Below are positions 11,512-21,985 of a stretch of 64,000 nt of DNA, one piece after another. The position numbers and the translations under genes were made by a program. Every line of letters begins with the position of its first letter. Within the stretch, counting starts at the first letter, position 1. The stretch covers positions 1,568,001 through 1,632,000 of the forward strand of contig OZ244650.1 of assembly GCA_965218785.1 (NCBI GenBank), in the 5' to 3' direction. Below the pieces are notes generated by a model. The model did not search any database. It was not told the origin of the DNA and worked only from the letters and a program-made list of their open reading frames with translations. The DNA comes from Nitrosopumilus sp. GTDB taxonomy: Archaea > Thermoproteota > Nitrososphaeria > Nitrososphaerales > Nitrosopumilaceae.

Positions 11512-12780
11512 ATGGCAAAGATTTTCGTAGAAGCATACGGATGTTCTGCAAGCTTCGCAGATTCAGAGATGATTTCAGGATTGCTTCTAAATGGAGGCCA
11601 TACTCTTGTTGATGATTCCTCGGATTCTGATCTAAATGTGGTCGTCACGTGTTCTGTCAAAGACGCAACTGCCAACAAAATGATTCATAGAATAAAATCA
11701 TTAAAGTCAAAACCGCTAGTTGTCGCAGGCTGCCTTCCAAAGGCAGAGAGGGATACTGTTGAAAAATTTTCAGAAAACGCCAGTTTGCTTGGACCAAACT
11801 CACTTGGGAAGACACTTCAGGTAATTGATTCAACACTAAATGGGCAAAAACAAATCGCGTTAGAAGACTCTGATTTGTCCAAAGTGGGATTGCCAAAAGT
11901 CAGGCTAAACCCGGCAGTCGGAATCATAGAGATTGCAAGTGGATGTATGAGTGAATGTACATTTTGCCAGACCAAGTTATCCAAAGGAGATCTTACAAGT
12001 TACAGGTTGGGGGATATTGTAAGGCAGGTTCAAACGGATCTCAAAGACGGATGTAAAGAAATCTGGTTAACATCTACAGATAACGGATGTTATGGATTTG
12101 ATATTGGAACTGATTTGCCATCACTGGTAAATGCCGTCACCTGTATTCCAGAAGATTTTATGGTCAGGGTTGGCATGATGAATCCAATGTACATGCCAAG
12201 AATCAAAGAAGAGTTGATAAAATCCTTTGATAACGACAAGGTCTTCAAATTTCTACATATCCCGGTACAGAGTGGAAGTGACAGAGTACTAAATGACATG
12301 AAGCGTGGCCATACTACCGGAACATATAGGGAGATCGTAAACAAGGTAAGGCAGAGATTTGGGAATTTCACCATTTCAACTGATGTAATAGTGGGATTTC
12401 CTTCAGAGACCATAAAGGACTTTGAAAAGACTGTAGATTTGCTCGATGAGACAAGGCCAGATGTGGTAAACCTGTCTAGATACAGTGCAAGACCTGGGAC
12501 TGATGCTGCAAAATGGAAACAGATCGATGTTTCAGAAGTAAAACGAAGAAGCAAGATAATTTTTGAACAGATCAACAAAATATCAATAAAAAACAACAAA
12601 AAGTGGATCGGATGGACAGGCAAAGTCCTGTTTGATGAAAAGACAGATGAGGGTATCAAGGGTAGAAACTTTGCCTACAAGCCTGTTTTTGTACGAGATG
12701 GTGTCGACATTGGTCAATATCATACAGTAGAGATTACAGATATTACTGTAAACAGCCTTCTTGGAAAGATCGCAAGCTAA
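11512..12780 (+). CDS. tRNA t6A37 methylthiotransferase (archaeal MtaB/CDKAL1-type radical SAM)
   Basis: UPF0004 N-terminus (YGC, TCSVK, AGC), CMSECTFC radical SAM motif, TRAM-like C-terminus. Confidence 0.85.
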   Translation: MAKIFVEAYGCSASFADSEMISGLLLNGGHTLVDDSSDSDLNVVVTCSVKDATANKMIHRIKSLKSKPLVVAGCLPKAERDTVEKFSENASLLGPNSLGKTLQVIDSTLNGQKQIALEDSDLSKVGLPKVRLNPAVGIIEIASGCMSECTFCQTKLSKGDLTSYRLGDIVRQVQTDLKDGCKEIWLTSTDNGCYGFDIGTDLPSLVNAVTCIPEDFMVRVGMMNPMYMPRIKEELIKSFDNDKVFKFLHIPVQSGSDRVLNDMKRGHTTGTYREIVNKVRQRFGNFTISTDVIVGFPSETIKDFEKTVDLLDETRPDVVNLSRYSARPGTDAAKWKQIDVSEVKRRSKIIFEQINKISIKNNKKWIGWTGKVLFDEKTDEGIKGRNFAYKPVFVRDGVDIGQYHTVEITDITVNSLLGKIAS

Positions 12781-12853
12781 ATTTTTTAGATCTAAAATTT
12801 GATTAAAAAAACGTAAGAAGGTTTTTTATGTAAATCAGCGAACAAAATTTGAA

Positions 12854-13804
12854 ATGAGTTTTCAGGTAAAGGAGCCGATTCTAGTAATAGGTTTAGGCGG
12901 GATAGGCTCAAAATTGGCAGATGAGGCCAGATCTTCACTCAATTCGGACTGTCTACTAATCAGTAATGATGAAAGGGACTTTTCATCAGATACCACACAT
13001 ATTCATATTTCAACAAAATCAGTTGTAAATCCAACTGTTCAATTAATCAGAGGTTCAACTTACAGTGCCGCCGAACAAATAAAGACAAAGATTCGGGATT
13101 ACGCTACAATTGTCTTGATGAGTAATTTGGCCGGAAAAGCAGGCTCTGCCATGGCACCTGTGGTATCAGAGATGTGCAAAGAGGCAGGTAAAGGTTTGAT
13201 TTCATTTGCAATTATGCCTTTCAAATATGAAAAAGACAGGATTTTTAATTCCGGCGTATCACTAAAACGGGTTAGGGAGAATTCTGAATGCACCGTTGTT
13301 CTTGATAATGATTCATTACTTGAGAGCAATCCGGATTTGAGTCCCAAGGCATGCTATGAAATTGCAAACTCTGCAATCATGCATATAGTAAAATCACTTG
13401 ATTCAACAGAGACATCTTCAGATACAAACATCCTCACTACGAGTAAAACGGGACAAAATATTGAAGAATCGCTCAGAGATTCACTGAAAATGCTCTATGG
13501 AAATGCTCCTCCAAACACGGTAAAACGTTCAATGTTGTATGTAGTTGGAGGAAACAATATCCCGGCAGGAGTGCTAAACTCAATTTCAAATCTTACTAAT
13601 GGCATCCTCAATGAAAGCAATTCACAAATAGATGTGACATCGACTTCTAAGGAATCCAAGGTAATAATGCTGTCTTCTGTTCAAGGAATGACAAAATTCG
13701 ACAACTATGATCCACTTGGAATGATTCCACGGGAAGACATGCTTGATTGGTCTACACCAGATTGCAGTATTGATTGCAAACTAGATCTTTATCAATTGGA
13801 ATAA
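12854..13804 (+). CDS. ftsZ: Divergent thaumarchaeal FtsZ/tubulin-like protein
   Basis: VIGLGGIG N-terminus, MPFKYE, LDND; tubulin signature degenerate (LAGKAGSA). Confidence 0.8.
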   Translation: MSFQVKEPILVIGLGGIGSKLADEARSSLNSDCLLISNDERDFSSDTTHIHISTKSVVNPTVQLIRGSTYSAAEQIKTKIRDYATIVLMSNLAGKAGSAMAPVVSEMCKEAGKGLISFAIMPFKYEKDRIFNSGVSLKRVRENSECTVVLDNDSLLESNPDLSPKACYEIANSAIMHIVKSLDSTETSSDTNILTTSKTGQNIEESLRDSLKMLYGNAPPNTVKRSMLYVVGGNNIPAGVLNSISNLTNGILNESNSQIDVTSTSKESKVIMLSSVQGMTKFDNYDPLGMIPREDMLDWSTPDCSIDCKLDLYQLE

Positions 13805-13837
13805 AGTAATTTTTTAAAATCATAATTTTTTGAAAGA

Positions 13838-14482
13838 TTATTCTTTCTTTGGTTCTTTTTTAGCTGGTTTGTCCTTGTTTGGAGCTTCCTTTTTTGGAGC
13901 TGGTTTGTCCTTGTTTGGAGCTTCCTTTTTTGGAGCTGGTTTGTCCTTGTTTGGAGCTTCCTTTTTTGGAGCTGGTTTGTCCTTGTTTGGAGCTTCCTTT
14001 TTTGGAGCTGGTTTGTCCTTGTTTGGAGCTTCCTTTTTTGGAGCTGGTTTGTCCTTGTTTGGAGCTTCCTTTTTTGGAGATTCTGCCTTTTCCTCAATCT
14101 TGGATTCTTTTACAGATGGTTCTTCTACCTTGTCCTCAACCTTGGATTCTTTTACAGATGGTTCTTCTACCTTGTCCTCAACCTTGGATTCTTGTTTTTC
14201 AGGAATTGCTTTAGATTCTGCCTCTTCATCATATGGAGAAACAAGAACATAACCTTCATCAGTTTTGCTCATTCTAACTCTAATTTTTCTTGGAGGGCGG
14301 CGAATTCCTTTTGCCCAGATTTGATGGGATAGTTCTTCCTCAATTTTAACGGATTCCACCTTCATGTGATGTCTGGCAAATTCTTTAATCATGTTAATTG
14401 CCCTAACAGATCTGTGTTGTGATTGTGAAAGCAAAGCCTTACCTAGATTAATTGTATAAACTCGTTCTAATTCTTGAGACAA
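13838..14482 (-). CDS. rpl31e: 50S ribosomal protein L31e with repetitive charged C-terminal extension
   Basis: ERVYTINL...RAINMIKEF...IWAKGIRRPPRKIRV; TTG start; follows rpl39e. Confidence 0.92.
   Translation of the reverse strand: MSQELERVYTINLGKALLSQSQHRSVRAINMIKEFARHHMKVESVKIEEELSHQIWAKGIRRPPRKIRVRMSKTDEGYVLVSPYDEEAESKAIPEKQESKVEDKVEEPSVKESKVEDKVEEPSVKESKIEEKAESPKKEAPNKDKPAPKKEAPNKDKPAPKKEAPNKDKPAPKKEAPNKDKPAPKKEAPNKDKPAPKKEAPNKDKPAKKEPKKE
13862..14077. repeat. Perfect 36-bp tandem repeat x6 (PKKEAPNKDKPA)
   Basis: AGCTGGTTTGTCCTTGTTTGGAGCTTCCTTTTTTGG six times contiguously, no spacers. Confidence 0.97.
14099..14193. repeat. 42-bp tandem repeat, ~2.3 units (ESKVEDKVEEPSVK)
   Basis: CTTGGATTCTTTTACAGATGGTTCTTCTACCTTGTCCTCAAC twice plus a partial unit. 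Confidence 0.92.
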
Positions 14483-14641
14483 CTATCCTACCTCCACATC
14501 AGTTGATCTCCAAGCCCTGCGTTTTGGATTTGTTCTAACAGATCTTTTTGTTTTTAGAATTATCCAAGCTGGCACCGGTGAAGTCTGCCTTGTCTTTTTT
14601 AGCAGACGTATTTTTCTTGGAGAAGACTTGCGTGCAGCCAT
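14483..14641 (-). CDS. rpl39e: 50S ribosomal protein L39e (52 aa, not in ORF track)
   Basis: Manual translation MAARKSSPRKIRLLKKTRQTSPVPAWIILKTKRSVRTNPKRRAWRSTDVEVG*; adjacent to rpl31e. Confidence 0.93.
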   Translation of the reverse strand: MAARKSSPRKIRLLKKTRQTSPVPAWIILKTKRSVRTNPKRRAWRSTDVEVG

Positions 14642-14952
14642 AGATTTTCAGGCACAGAGAGCTCTTTTTAAATGAATCTCATGATTACGCTGGAAAATTC
14701 GAGGGTGTTTTGCAAAATTTAATCCCAAAAACATCTGATTGTAATATATGATTCCACGTTTGTAAGTTTTTGTTCCTCGATTATTTGCAATGTATCTGCC
14801 AACTGGTATCTTTTTTCTTGTCCTTTGCAACAAATTTGGCAATTTCATATCGTAAAATCCTGACTTCCAAATCGGGTAATTATCAGTTGATGTCGAATTA
14901 TATTTAGATCCGGCCGATCCAAAATATTTAATCTTTGACTAGTGGTATTCTC

Positions 14953-15501
14953 CTACGATTTGACGAGATTTTGAATCTGTCTTAGGATTCGGGCCGAAGC
15001 CCCCCACACCATCTGGTTTTGATACTCGAATGCATACATTTCTTGAATTGTGTTATGAGATGGATCCGGATCATCAGTCATAGTTTCCAGAAACGGTTCT
15101 AATGGAATATGGAAAATTTTTTCAACTTCAGAATTTGTAGTAAGTGCGGGAATCTGATCAATGATTGAGACGAAAGGTAAAATCAAAAAACCAGAATTCA
15201 AAGTAATGACTGGATCTAACTGGCCAATTACCTGCTCTTTGGTAATTGTCAGTCCAATCTCTTCACGAGTTTCACGTAATGCCGTTTGTAGAAGATCTGA
15301 ATCATCAGCATCCAACTTTCCACCGGGAAAAGAGATTTCGCCGGCATGAAATTTCATATGTTTGGGTTTTTCAGTCATCAAAATAATGGGATTTTTTCCA
15401 TAAATTACTACAAGAACTGATGCCAGTCTGCGGCTTTCAGTATTTTCTATCTGGGTATTGATCGTACTTGAAAGAATTGGTTTTAAATCATCTAAGAACA
15501 T
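14953..15501 (-). CDS. Nudix hydrolase, CoA pyrophosphatase type
   Basis: HAGEISFPGG plus Nudix box TALRETREEIGL; VWGASA. Confidence 0.88.
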   Translation of the reverse strand: MFLDDLKPILSSTINTQIENTESRRLASVLVVIYGKNPIILMTEKPKHMKFHAGEISFPGGKLDADDSDLLQTALRETREEIGLTITKEQVIGQLDPVITLNSGFLILPFVSIIDQIPALTTNSEVEKIFHIPLEPFLETMTDDPDPSHNTIQEMYAFEYQNQMVWGASARILRQIQNLVKS

Positions 15502-15574
15502 CCTGTTTCATTCCTACTATTCCATATGGGTTTTGGTATTCAAAGGTTTTAACCAAGAATAAAAAAAAGACAGC

Positions 15575-16309
15575 ATGACAATCAGATACGAAGCTAATCC
15601 TCCCAAAATATTACCCGATACAAATACAGATGAGTTACTTGTAAAATTCATTGAAAAAATAAAAATCATCTCAAAAAAATGTGACGCAATACATCTGACT
15701 GAAAACGTATTAGGACAACAAAGAATGTCCCCCATCAAAGTGGGAAGGATTATCAAAGAGGAGATTCCAAACATGCCAATCACAGTTAGTCTAAGAGTCA
15801 GAGACAAGACTAGAGATGAGATTTCAGAGTTTGTAGATAGCTGCATTTCCACGGGTTTTTCTGGAATTTTGATATTGATGGGGGATGTATCACAAACCGG
15901 AATACAGGATTCAGGTCAGATTCCAAGTACAACTGTAAAGAGATTAAGAGAGCAGGGTATTGATGCAAAAATTGACTTGTATCTTTCAATTTCAAACAAA
16001 CCTGATTTTTCAAAAATTGGAAGAAAATTAAAAGCAAAACCCAGAGGATTCATGACGCAGGTAGTTCAAAATCCCGAACAGGTTCAAAATATTGTTGAGA
16101 ATCTGAAAGGATTTTCGATAATCCCAATCATCCTGTTTCCTTCCAAAAAAAATGAAAAATCGGCAAAATTTTTGAATTTGGATCTGACAGCATACAATCA
16201 GAAATTTGAGGAATTTGTAAAAAAAGTGCATGAAATTACCGGAGACGTGTTAATTACATCACCAAATGATTTTTCCGGTCTGAATGAATTTTTAGAAAAA
16301 TCCGGTTAA
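15575..16309 (+). CDS. metF: Methylenetetrahydrofolate reductase-like protein
   Basis: YEANPPK, RVRDKT, LILMGD, FMTQ motifs; convergent with metH. Confidence 0.75.
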   Translation: MTIRYEANPPKILPDTNTDELLVKFIEKIKIISKKCDAIHLTENVLGQQRMSPIKVGRIIKEEIPNMPITVSLRVRDKTRDEISEFVDSCISTGFSGILILMGDVSQTGIQDSGQIPSTTVKRLREQGIDAKIDLYLSISNKPDFSKIGRKLKAKPRGFMTQVVQNPEQVQNIVENLKGFSIIPIILFPSKKNEKSAKFLNLDLTAYNQKFEEFVKKVHEITGDVLITSPNDFSGLNEFLEKSG

Positions 16310-18804
16310 AGCTCAAAGTAATGTGCTTTTGGGTGATGAATAACAATAGCGGCAGTTGACTGCTCAGGAATAATCTGCCCTGATTCAGTCAGTGTCATTC
16401 CTGATTTCTCAGGTTGTAACAGTTTCCAAACCAGATGATGTTGTGACACGTCAGGACAGCTAGGAAATCCCCAGCTGTATCTTAATCCACCCTGTTCCAA
16501 GTTCAATTCGGATTTTATTTTACGGTTTACCCACTCTGCTAGGGCTTCGGCGACTTCGACTGCCAGTCCATGCAGATAGTATGCATCAGTGTATTTGTCC
16601 TCTTTGTTCCATCGTTCAATTATTTCTGTAGTCTTATTTCCCACAGTTACTGATTGGAATGCAACGATATCACCATCGCCAAAATAATCAGTCAGACACA
16701 GATGTTCAGGTTTTGTAGAGCGTGGAAAATCAAATTCAACATCCTCACCGTCAGGATTTTCAACAGATAGTTTACCGTCTTTATTGTGACACCTAAAATA
16801 TCCATAAACAATCTCAGGTTCGAAGAGTTTTTCACGTATAATCCGGATCTTCCATTGATTTAACAGATCCTCGTGTTGATCTATTGATTCTGAACCTGCT
16901 TTTCCCCTCAGACCCCATGACAGTTTGAACAAAGATTTTTTATCAATCAACTTCCAAACTTCGTCCATCTTAATTTGTTCGGATTTGAGACGGATTTGCT
17001 TACCAACATTTGTTAGAAGGGGGGCTTGCACTGGTTTGATGTCACTTTTTGGAAGGGTTGCAGAATCTACTGGAGCAGTGGATCTGTCTTTCCAGTTCTC
17101 CAATTTTTCCCTCCATTCAGATAAGAATTTCTGTTTGCCATCTGAAATCAAGACATCCATTGTTTTGAGTCCTTCAAACATGGTATTGCAGTAAAACACG
17201 CCGGATTCATAGATTCCATCGGATTTTGCTATTCGGTTAATGTAGTTGCTGTTAATTGCCGCACCGCCGCAAAGAATCGGAATGTTCATTTTGTTTTTTC
17301 TGGCATGCTCTACGAAAAACTGCATCTGCTTTGATGTAGCGACCAACAATGCTGACAAGCCAATGGCGTCAGGATTAACTTCATCTATTTTTTCGAGGAA
17401 TTTCTGTAAAGGGACCTGTTTTCCCAAGTCATAAACAGAATAGCCGTTGTTTTGAAATATTGTCTTTACAAGATTCTTTCCAATGTCATGAACATCGCCA
17501 TATACGGTTCCCAAAACAAGCTTTCCCTTGCTAGAACCCTCTTCCTGAAGCAGGTATTTTTCAAGTTCGCCTACTGCTGCCTTCATGCACTCTGCGGATT
17601 TGAGGACAAACGGCAGGATCAGTTCCCCCGTGCCGAATTTATCGCCGACTTCCTTCATTGCAGGAAGCAGATCTTCGTTAAGGGTTCTAATTGCCCCATC
17701 ATGGGTAACTTTCTGTGAGGCATCCAGGGACAAAATTCCATGATCCTCTTTTATCATATCTGTCCTTCCGAGTTTTTCTGCAATTGCAGATACGACATCA
17801 TTTTGAATTCCGTCTTTGAGTCTGTTTACAATTCTAAAATTAGCGCGTTTTCCAGGCGGCCAGGAAGGATCAACATCTGCTTTTCTAGGGACAGTACCGC
17901 TTTGCGAGCCTGTTTTTTCAAAGTACAAAATTAATTCAGATAGTGCGTTTGGATGAGTGTTAAAGACTAGATCTTCGGCAAGTTTTCTTTCCTTCTCATT
18001 AATTTCACCATAAGGAACAATCTCTTTGGCATTTACTATTGCAGTGTCAAGCCCCGCCTTTACTGCATGATACAAAAAGACTGAATTGAGAACTTTTCTT
18101 GCATACGGAGATAGGCCAAAACTGATGTTGCTCAGACCTAGGGCGGTAAATGAATCAGGGAATCTTTCTTTAACAAGGCGTATTCCTTCCAGTGTGTTTT
18201 TTCCTGCATCAAGGAACTCTTCCTCTCCTGTTGCCAAAGTAAATGTAAGAACATCAAATATGAATTGTTCAATCTTTAATCCGTATTTTTTTCCAGTCTC
18301 ATAAAGCAGTTCGGCCGTTTTAAGTTTTTGTTGTGGGGTTTTAGCCATTCCATCCGGACCAATACATAATGCAATTGAGGGCAGACCATACTTTGCCATT
18401 ATCGGAGCCAGTTTTTCAAACCTGCTGCCATCCCCTTCAAGATTGATTGAGTTGATAATTGGCCTGCCAGGAATTTGTTTTACCGACGCTTCAATGACTT
18501 TGGGATCAGTTGAATCTATTACAAGCGGTGCGTCAATTTCTAAGCTCAGTCTTTTGACCAGGTTTAACATAAACTCCAGCTCATCAGAACGTTCCGTAGT
18601 TGCCACACAGACATCAAGACAGTGCGCACCGTCTTCAACCTGAATCTTGCCCAGATTAACTAGGCCTTCATAGTCATCATTTAGAACCAGCTGCTTTGCT
18701 TTTCGAGAACCCTGTGTGTTAATTCTCTCTCCGATTATCAGCGGGGCTGGAATCTGCCTGAGATCTACTGCCTTTAGCGCTGAACTTACCCTAGGAACAG
18801 TCAT
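16306..18804 (-). CDS. metH: B12-dependent methionine synthase: pterin-binding, cobalamin-binding and activation domains
   Basis: IGERIN, INSINLE, GDVHDIGKN B12 motif, RYSWGFPSCPD. Confidence 0.92.
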   Translation of the reverse strand: MTVPRVSSALKAVDLRQIPAPLIIGERINTQGSRKAKQLVLNDDYEGLVNLGKIQVEDGAHCLDVCVATTERSDELEFMLNLVKRLSLEIDAPLVIDSTDPKVIEASVKQIPGRPIINSINLEGDGSRFEKLAPIMAKYGLPSIALCIGPDGMAKTPQQKLKTAELLYETGKKYGLKIEQFIFDVLTFTLATGEEEFLDAGKNTLEGIRLVKERFPDSFTALGLSNISFGLSPYARKVLNSVFLYHAVKAGLDTAIVNAKEIVPYGEINEKERKLAEDLVFNTHPNALSELILYFEKTGSQSGTVPRKADVDPSWPPGKRANFRIVNRLKDGIQNDVVSAIAEKLGRTDMIKEDHGILSLDASQKVTHDGAIRTLNEDLLPAMKEVGDKFGTGELILPFVLKSAECMKAAVGELEKYLLQEEGSSKGKLVLGTVYGDVHDIGKNLVKTIFQNNGYSVYDLGKQVPLQKFLEKIDEVNPDAIGLSALLVATSKQMQFFVEHARKNKMNIPILCGGAAINSNYINRIAKSDGIYESGVFYCNTMFEGLKTMDVLISDGKQKFLSEWREKLENWKDRSTAPVDSATLPKSDIKPVQAPLLTNVGKQIRLKSEQIKMDEVWKLIDKKSLFKLSWGLRGKAGSESIDQHEDLLNQWKIRIIREKLFEPEIVYGYFRCHNKDGKLSVENPDGEDVEFDFPRSTKPEHLCLTDYFGDGDIVAFQSVTVGNKTTEIIERWNKEDKYTDAYYLHGLAVEVAEALAEWVNRKIKSELNLEQGGLRYSWGFPSCPDVSQHHLVWKLLQPEKSGMTLTESGQIIPEQSTAAIVIHHPKAHYFEL

Positions 18805-18835
18805 TATTGTAAATTATCCCCATTTTTCTAAAAAC

Positions 18836-19798
18836 TTAACCCTTGAGAGAGTTAGCTTTTTCGTCAATTACTTTCCTTAGGGCTTTGATATGTTCCGGAC
18901 TTGTTCCACAACAGCCGCCAATAATTCGAACTTTTTGATATTTATTAAGAAAATCGCCCAATATCTCGCTCAATTTTTCAGGAGTCATTTTGTAGACTGC
19001 CTGACCGCCCTGATTTTCAGGCATTCCTGCGTTTGGAACCACCAGGAGATTGTGTTCATTTTGTTCATCAAGCCACCTAACACTGGGGATCATCTCCATC
19101 GGACCAGTGGAGCAGTTTAATCCAAATACGTCAATTCCCATATCAGATACAGTTGTATATGCAGCTTGGATATCGGTTCCAAGTAGCATCTTTCCGTATT
19201 GATCCAGAGTGGCATTTGCAATAATGGGAATTTTCTTTCCAGTCTTTTCTTTGGCATTTTGACACGCTTCAATTACCAGTTTTACCTCCAGAATATCCTG
19301 ACTTGTTTCAACAAGTAATGCATCTACGCCGCCAAGAATCAGGCCTTCTGCCTGTAGCTCGAATGCTTCTTGTATTTCATCAAGGGGTTTTTGTCCCAAG
19401 TCAGGATCATTTGAACTTGGAAGTAATCCAGACGGTCCCATGGAACCAATCACATATCGTGGTTTGTCAGAATACTCTGCGCAGACATGGGATGCTAGTT
19501 GCGCAATTTTTTTATTAAAATCAACTGTTTGATCGCCAAAACCATATTCATCTAGTTTAATTTTGTTTGAACCAAAGGAATTTGTTTCAATACAGTCAGA
19601 TCCTGCATCTAAATAATTTCTATGAATTTGTTTAATCCATTCAGGATGTGTGATTATTAGACCATCATTAAAACCGTCCTGACTGTTTGGAAAGTCTTCT
19701 GATTTTGGATCAAGTTTTTGAATCTCGGTTCCCATTGCACCATCAAAGAGTAAAATTCTGTTCTGTAATGCATCCAAGAACGGTTCCTTTTCTGTCAA
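18836..19798 (-). CDS. Homocysteine S-methyltransferase domain (N-terminal part of split MetH)
   Basis: FDGAMGT, GLNC, PNAG, GGCCGT zinc ligands. Confidence 0.92.
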   Translation of the reverse strand: MTEKEPFLDALQNRILLFDGAMGTEIQKLDPKSEDFPNSQDGFNDGLIITHPEWIKQIHRNYLDAGSDCIETNSFGSNKIKLDEYGFGDQTVDFNKKIAQLASHVCAEYSDKPRYVIGSMGPSGLLPSSNDPDLGQKPLDEIQEAFELQAEGLILGGVDALLVETSQDILEVKLVIEACQNAKEKTGKKIPIIANATLDQYGKMLLGTDIQAAYTTVSDMGIDVFGLNCSTGPMEMIPSVRWLDEQNEHNLLVVPNAGMPENQGGQAVYKMTPEKLSEILGDFLNKYQKVRIIGGCCGTSPEHIKALRKVIDEKANSLKG

Positions 19799-19908
19799 TC
19801 TAATCTCAAAATACCAGGGCAGGGTTTAACTCTTTTCAAAAAAACCAACCAGTATTGGTAGGACATATACGTATGTTGAAATTGGGCAAGGAGTAATCGT
19901 GTACATTT

Positions 19909-21009
19909 ATGCAAAAGATTCAAGTAAATAATCTAGTTCGCAGTGCAACTTTTTTTCAACACGCTGGAATCTCAATTGTCTTTGTATTTATGCCCATTAT
20001 TGCAAGCGGGGTCACAGATTCTATATTTGAAATCGGATTCATCGTAGCCTCGTTTAGCTTTGCCCAGATCTTATCTGAAATCTATTTTGGAAGACATTCA
20101 GATAAGAAGGGAACCAGGCTCAAATTCATTAGAATTGGCTTTATCGGATGTGCGGCGGCGTTTGGACTGCACTATTTTGCAGACGGGATCACCCTGCTGT
20201 TTCTTGCCAGAATAGGGGCAGGAATTGCAAGCGGCATCATGATTCCTGCAATGATCGCATACACGTATGAGGCAAATATTGACAAAAAGAAGGCGGCAAC
20301 TGTAATTTCATTTCATGCATTAGGATGGCTTGCAGGAATTGCAGCAGCCGGATTTGCAAATGATCTTAAACTAATTTTCATTATTAGTGCGATTTCATTT
20401 ATCATTGGATTGGTGTTTACCCTGAAACTACCAAATCCGCCACAAGAAAAAGAGGTGGAACCTGGAACTACGAGAAAAATTATTTCAAAAAACAGATTTC
20501 TCTTTTTGTCACTGCTGCTACGTCATATTGGTGCCACAGCTGTGTGGACCATACTTCCAATAATGTTGATTGAAAAACTAGGAGCGGAACTATACCAGAT
20601 ATCAATCATCTACGTTGCAAACACGGTGACTGCGTTTGTTCTGATGAATCTAATGGCAAGTAAAATCAACATCTCAAATGTTACAAAATTCAAGATGGGA
20701 ATCGGATGTACCACGTTTGTTTTTGTCGGGTTGGCAGTAATCACTGATTGGTGGATGGCAATGCCGTTTATGGCGCTTGTTGGCGGAACTTGGGCATTTT
20801 TGTTTATTGGTGGAAATTTCCATTTAATGGAGAACAATCCACGTTCAACATCAACTGGAATCTTTAGCTCGACACTGTCAATTGCAACAGTGGTAGGTCC
20901 GATAATTGCCGGAGGTATTGCATTTGCACTGGATTATGTCGCAGTCATGTATTTTGCAGTAGCAATTATTGTATGTGCATTTGCAGTATCACTGAAGATT
21001 AAAAAATGA
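19909..21009 (+). CDS. MFS transporter
   Basis: About 12 hydrophobic helices; GRHSDKKG motif A-like loop. Confidence 0.85.
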   Translation: MQKIQVNNLVRSATFFQHAGISIVFVFMPIIASGVTDSIFEIGFIVASFSFAQILSEIYFGRHSDKKGTRLKFIRIGFIGCAAAFGLHYFADGITLLFLARIGAGIASGIMIPAMIAYTYEANIDKKKAATVISFHALGWLAGIAAAGFANDLKLIFIISAISFIIGLVFTLKLPNPPQEKEVEPGTTRKIISKNRFLFLSLLLRHIGATAVWTILPIMLIEKLGAELYQISIIYVANTVTAFVLMNLMASKINISNVTKFKMGIGCTTFVFVGLAVITDWWMAMPFMALVGGTWAFLFIGGNFHLMENNPRSTSTGIFSSTLSIATVVGPIIAGGIAFALDYVAVMYFAVAIIVCAFAVSLKIKK

Positions 21010-21129
21010 AAAAAACACGTTGAAATTGGCGCACAAGGTCAAGTAAACCATGAATTTGGTCATCTTGCAGGGTATGGTCATCATAGTTCATGGCTTTGAT
21101 AACCCACACATCATCTCAGAGATCTTCGT

Positions 21130-21221
21130 TTGGCTACATTAGAAAAAGATGGAATGATTATCGCAAAATGCACAGAAATCAATGTTATTACAAAGGCAAG
21201 TCATTTGAAGAGGATTGGAAG
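21130..21221 (+). pseudogene. HicB-family antitoxin N-terminal remnant (frameshifted)
   Basis: EKDGMIIAKCTEINVIT, then in a shifted frame KGKSFEED; resembles the HicB pattern E.DG.Y.A.C.EL.V.TQG.T.EEA. Confidence 0.5.
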
Positions 21222-21980
21222 CTATCTCAACCCCCACCTAGACATTACCTTGTTTTCTAGTCTTTTGAATACAACGCCGTCAACTACAAGACCAATCATC
21301 ATAATTACAAGCATTATTGCAATTACCTGTGAGACGTCATTTAATGAGCGCCCGACATTTAGGAAATATCCAAGTCCCAGAAAAGAAAACAGCAATTCAG
21401 CGCCAATTACGCCCCTCCAGGCAAATGCCCATCCCTGTTTAAAGCCTGAAATCATGTATGGAAATGCTGCAGGAATCAGGACGGCAGTAACAAGTTGACT
21501 GCCTTTTGCACCCATATTTCTTGCAGCCTCTATAAAATGCGGATCGATGTTTTTGACTCCGGTGTAGGTGTTTATTGTAACTGCAAAAACGGCTCCAATA
21601 GCAGTAACAAAAATTATTCCGCCATCTGTCAGTCCAAACCACAAAATTGCAAGCGGAACCCATGCAATTGACGGGATTGATTGCAACCCCAGTACCAGGG
21701 AACCGACTGTCTGGTTGACAACCTCGACTCTTGCCATGAAAATTCCCAATACAATGCCGCCAGATATGGCAATTGTCAGTCCGATAGATAGTCTCCACAT
21801 GCTAGTTGCAATCCCGTAAAACAGACTGCCATCGGCAGCACCGTATCCCAGGTCTTCTGCAACTTCATATGGGGAGGGAAAAATATTATCAGGCCAAACT
21901 CCAGACATGGAAACGATTTGCCAGAGTACGACGATTCCGACGTAAAATGCTATTCTATGTAGCGTGAAATTTTTTGCCAT
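21222..21980 (-). CDS. ABC transporter permease (sulfonate/nitrate/taurine, SsuC/TauC-like)
   Basis: EAARNMGA loop, multiple TM helices, IGAE motif. Confidence 0.88.
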   Translation of the reverse strand: MAKNFTLHRIAFYVGIVVLWQIVSMSGVWPDNIFPSPYEVAEDLGYGAADGSLFYGIATSMWRLSIGLTIAISGGIVLGIFMARVEVVNQTVGSLVLGLQSIPSIAWVPLAILWFGLTDGGIIFVTAIGAVFAVTINTYTGVKNIDPHFIEAARNMGAKGSQLVTAVLIPAAFPYMISGFKQGWAFAWRGVIGAELLFSFLGLGYFLNVGRSLNDVSQVIAIMLVIMMIGLVVDGVVFKRLENKVMSRWGLR

Positions 21981-21985
21981 GATAA

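Noticed and set aside
12854-13804. FtsZ lacking the GGGTG signature as a novelty
   Set aside because: Divergent FtsZ is an established trait of thaumarchaea, which divide using Cdv proteins.
13862-14077. 36-bp repeats as a CRISPR array
   Set aside because: Units are contiguous with no spacers, are in frame within rpl31e, and no cas genes are present.
14648-14848. 66-aa ORF upstream of rpl39e
   Set aside because: No motif and it overlaps the probable rpl39e promoter region; likely spurious or a remnant.
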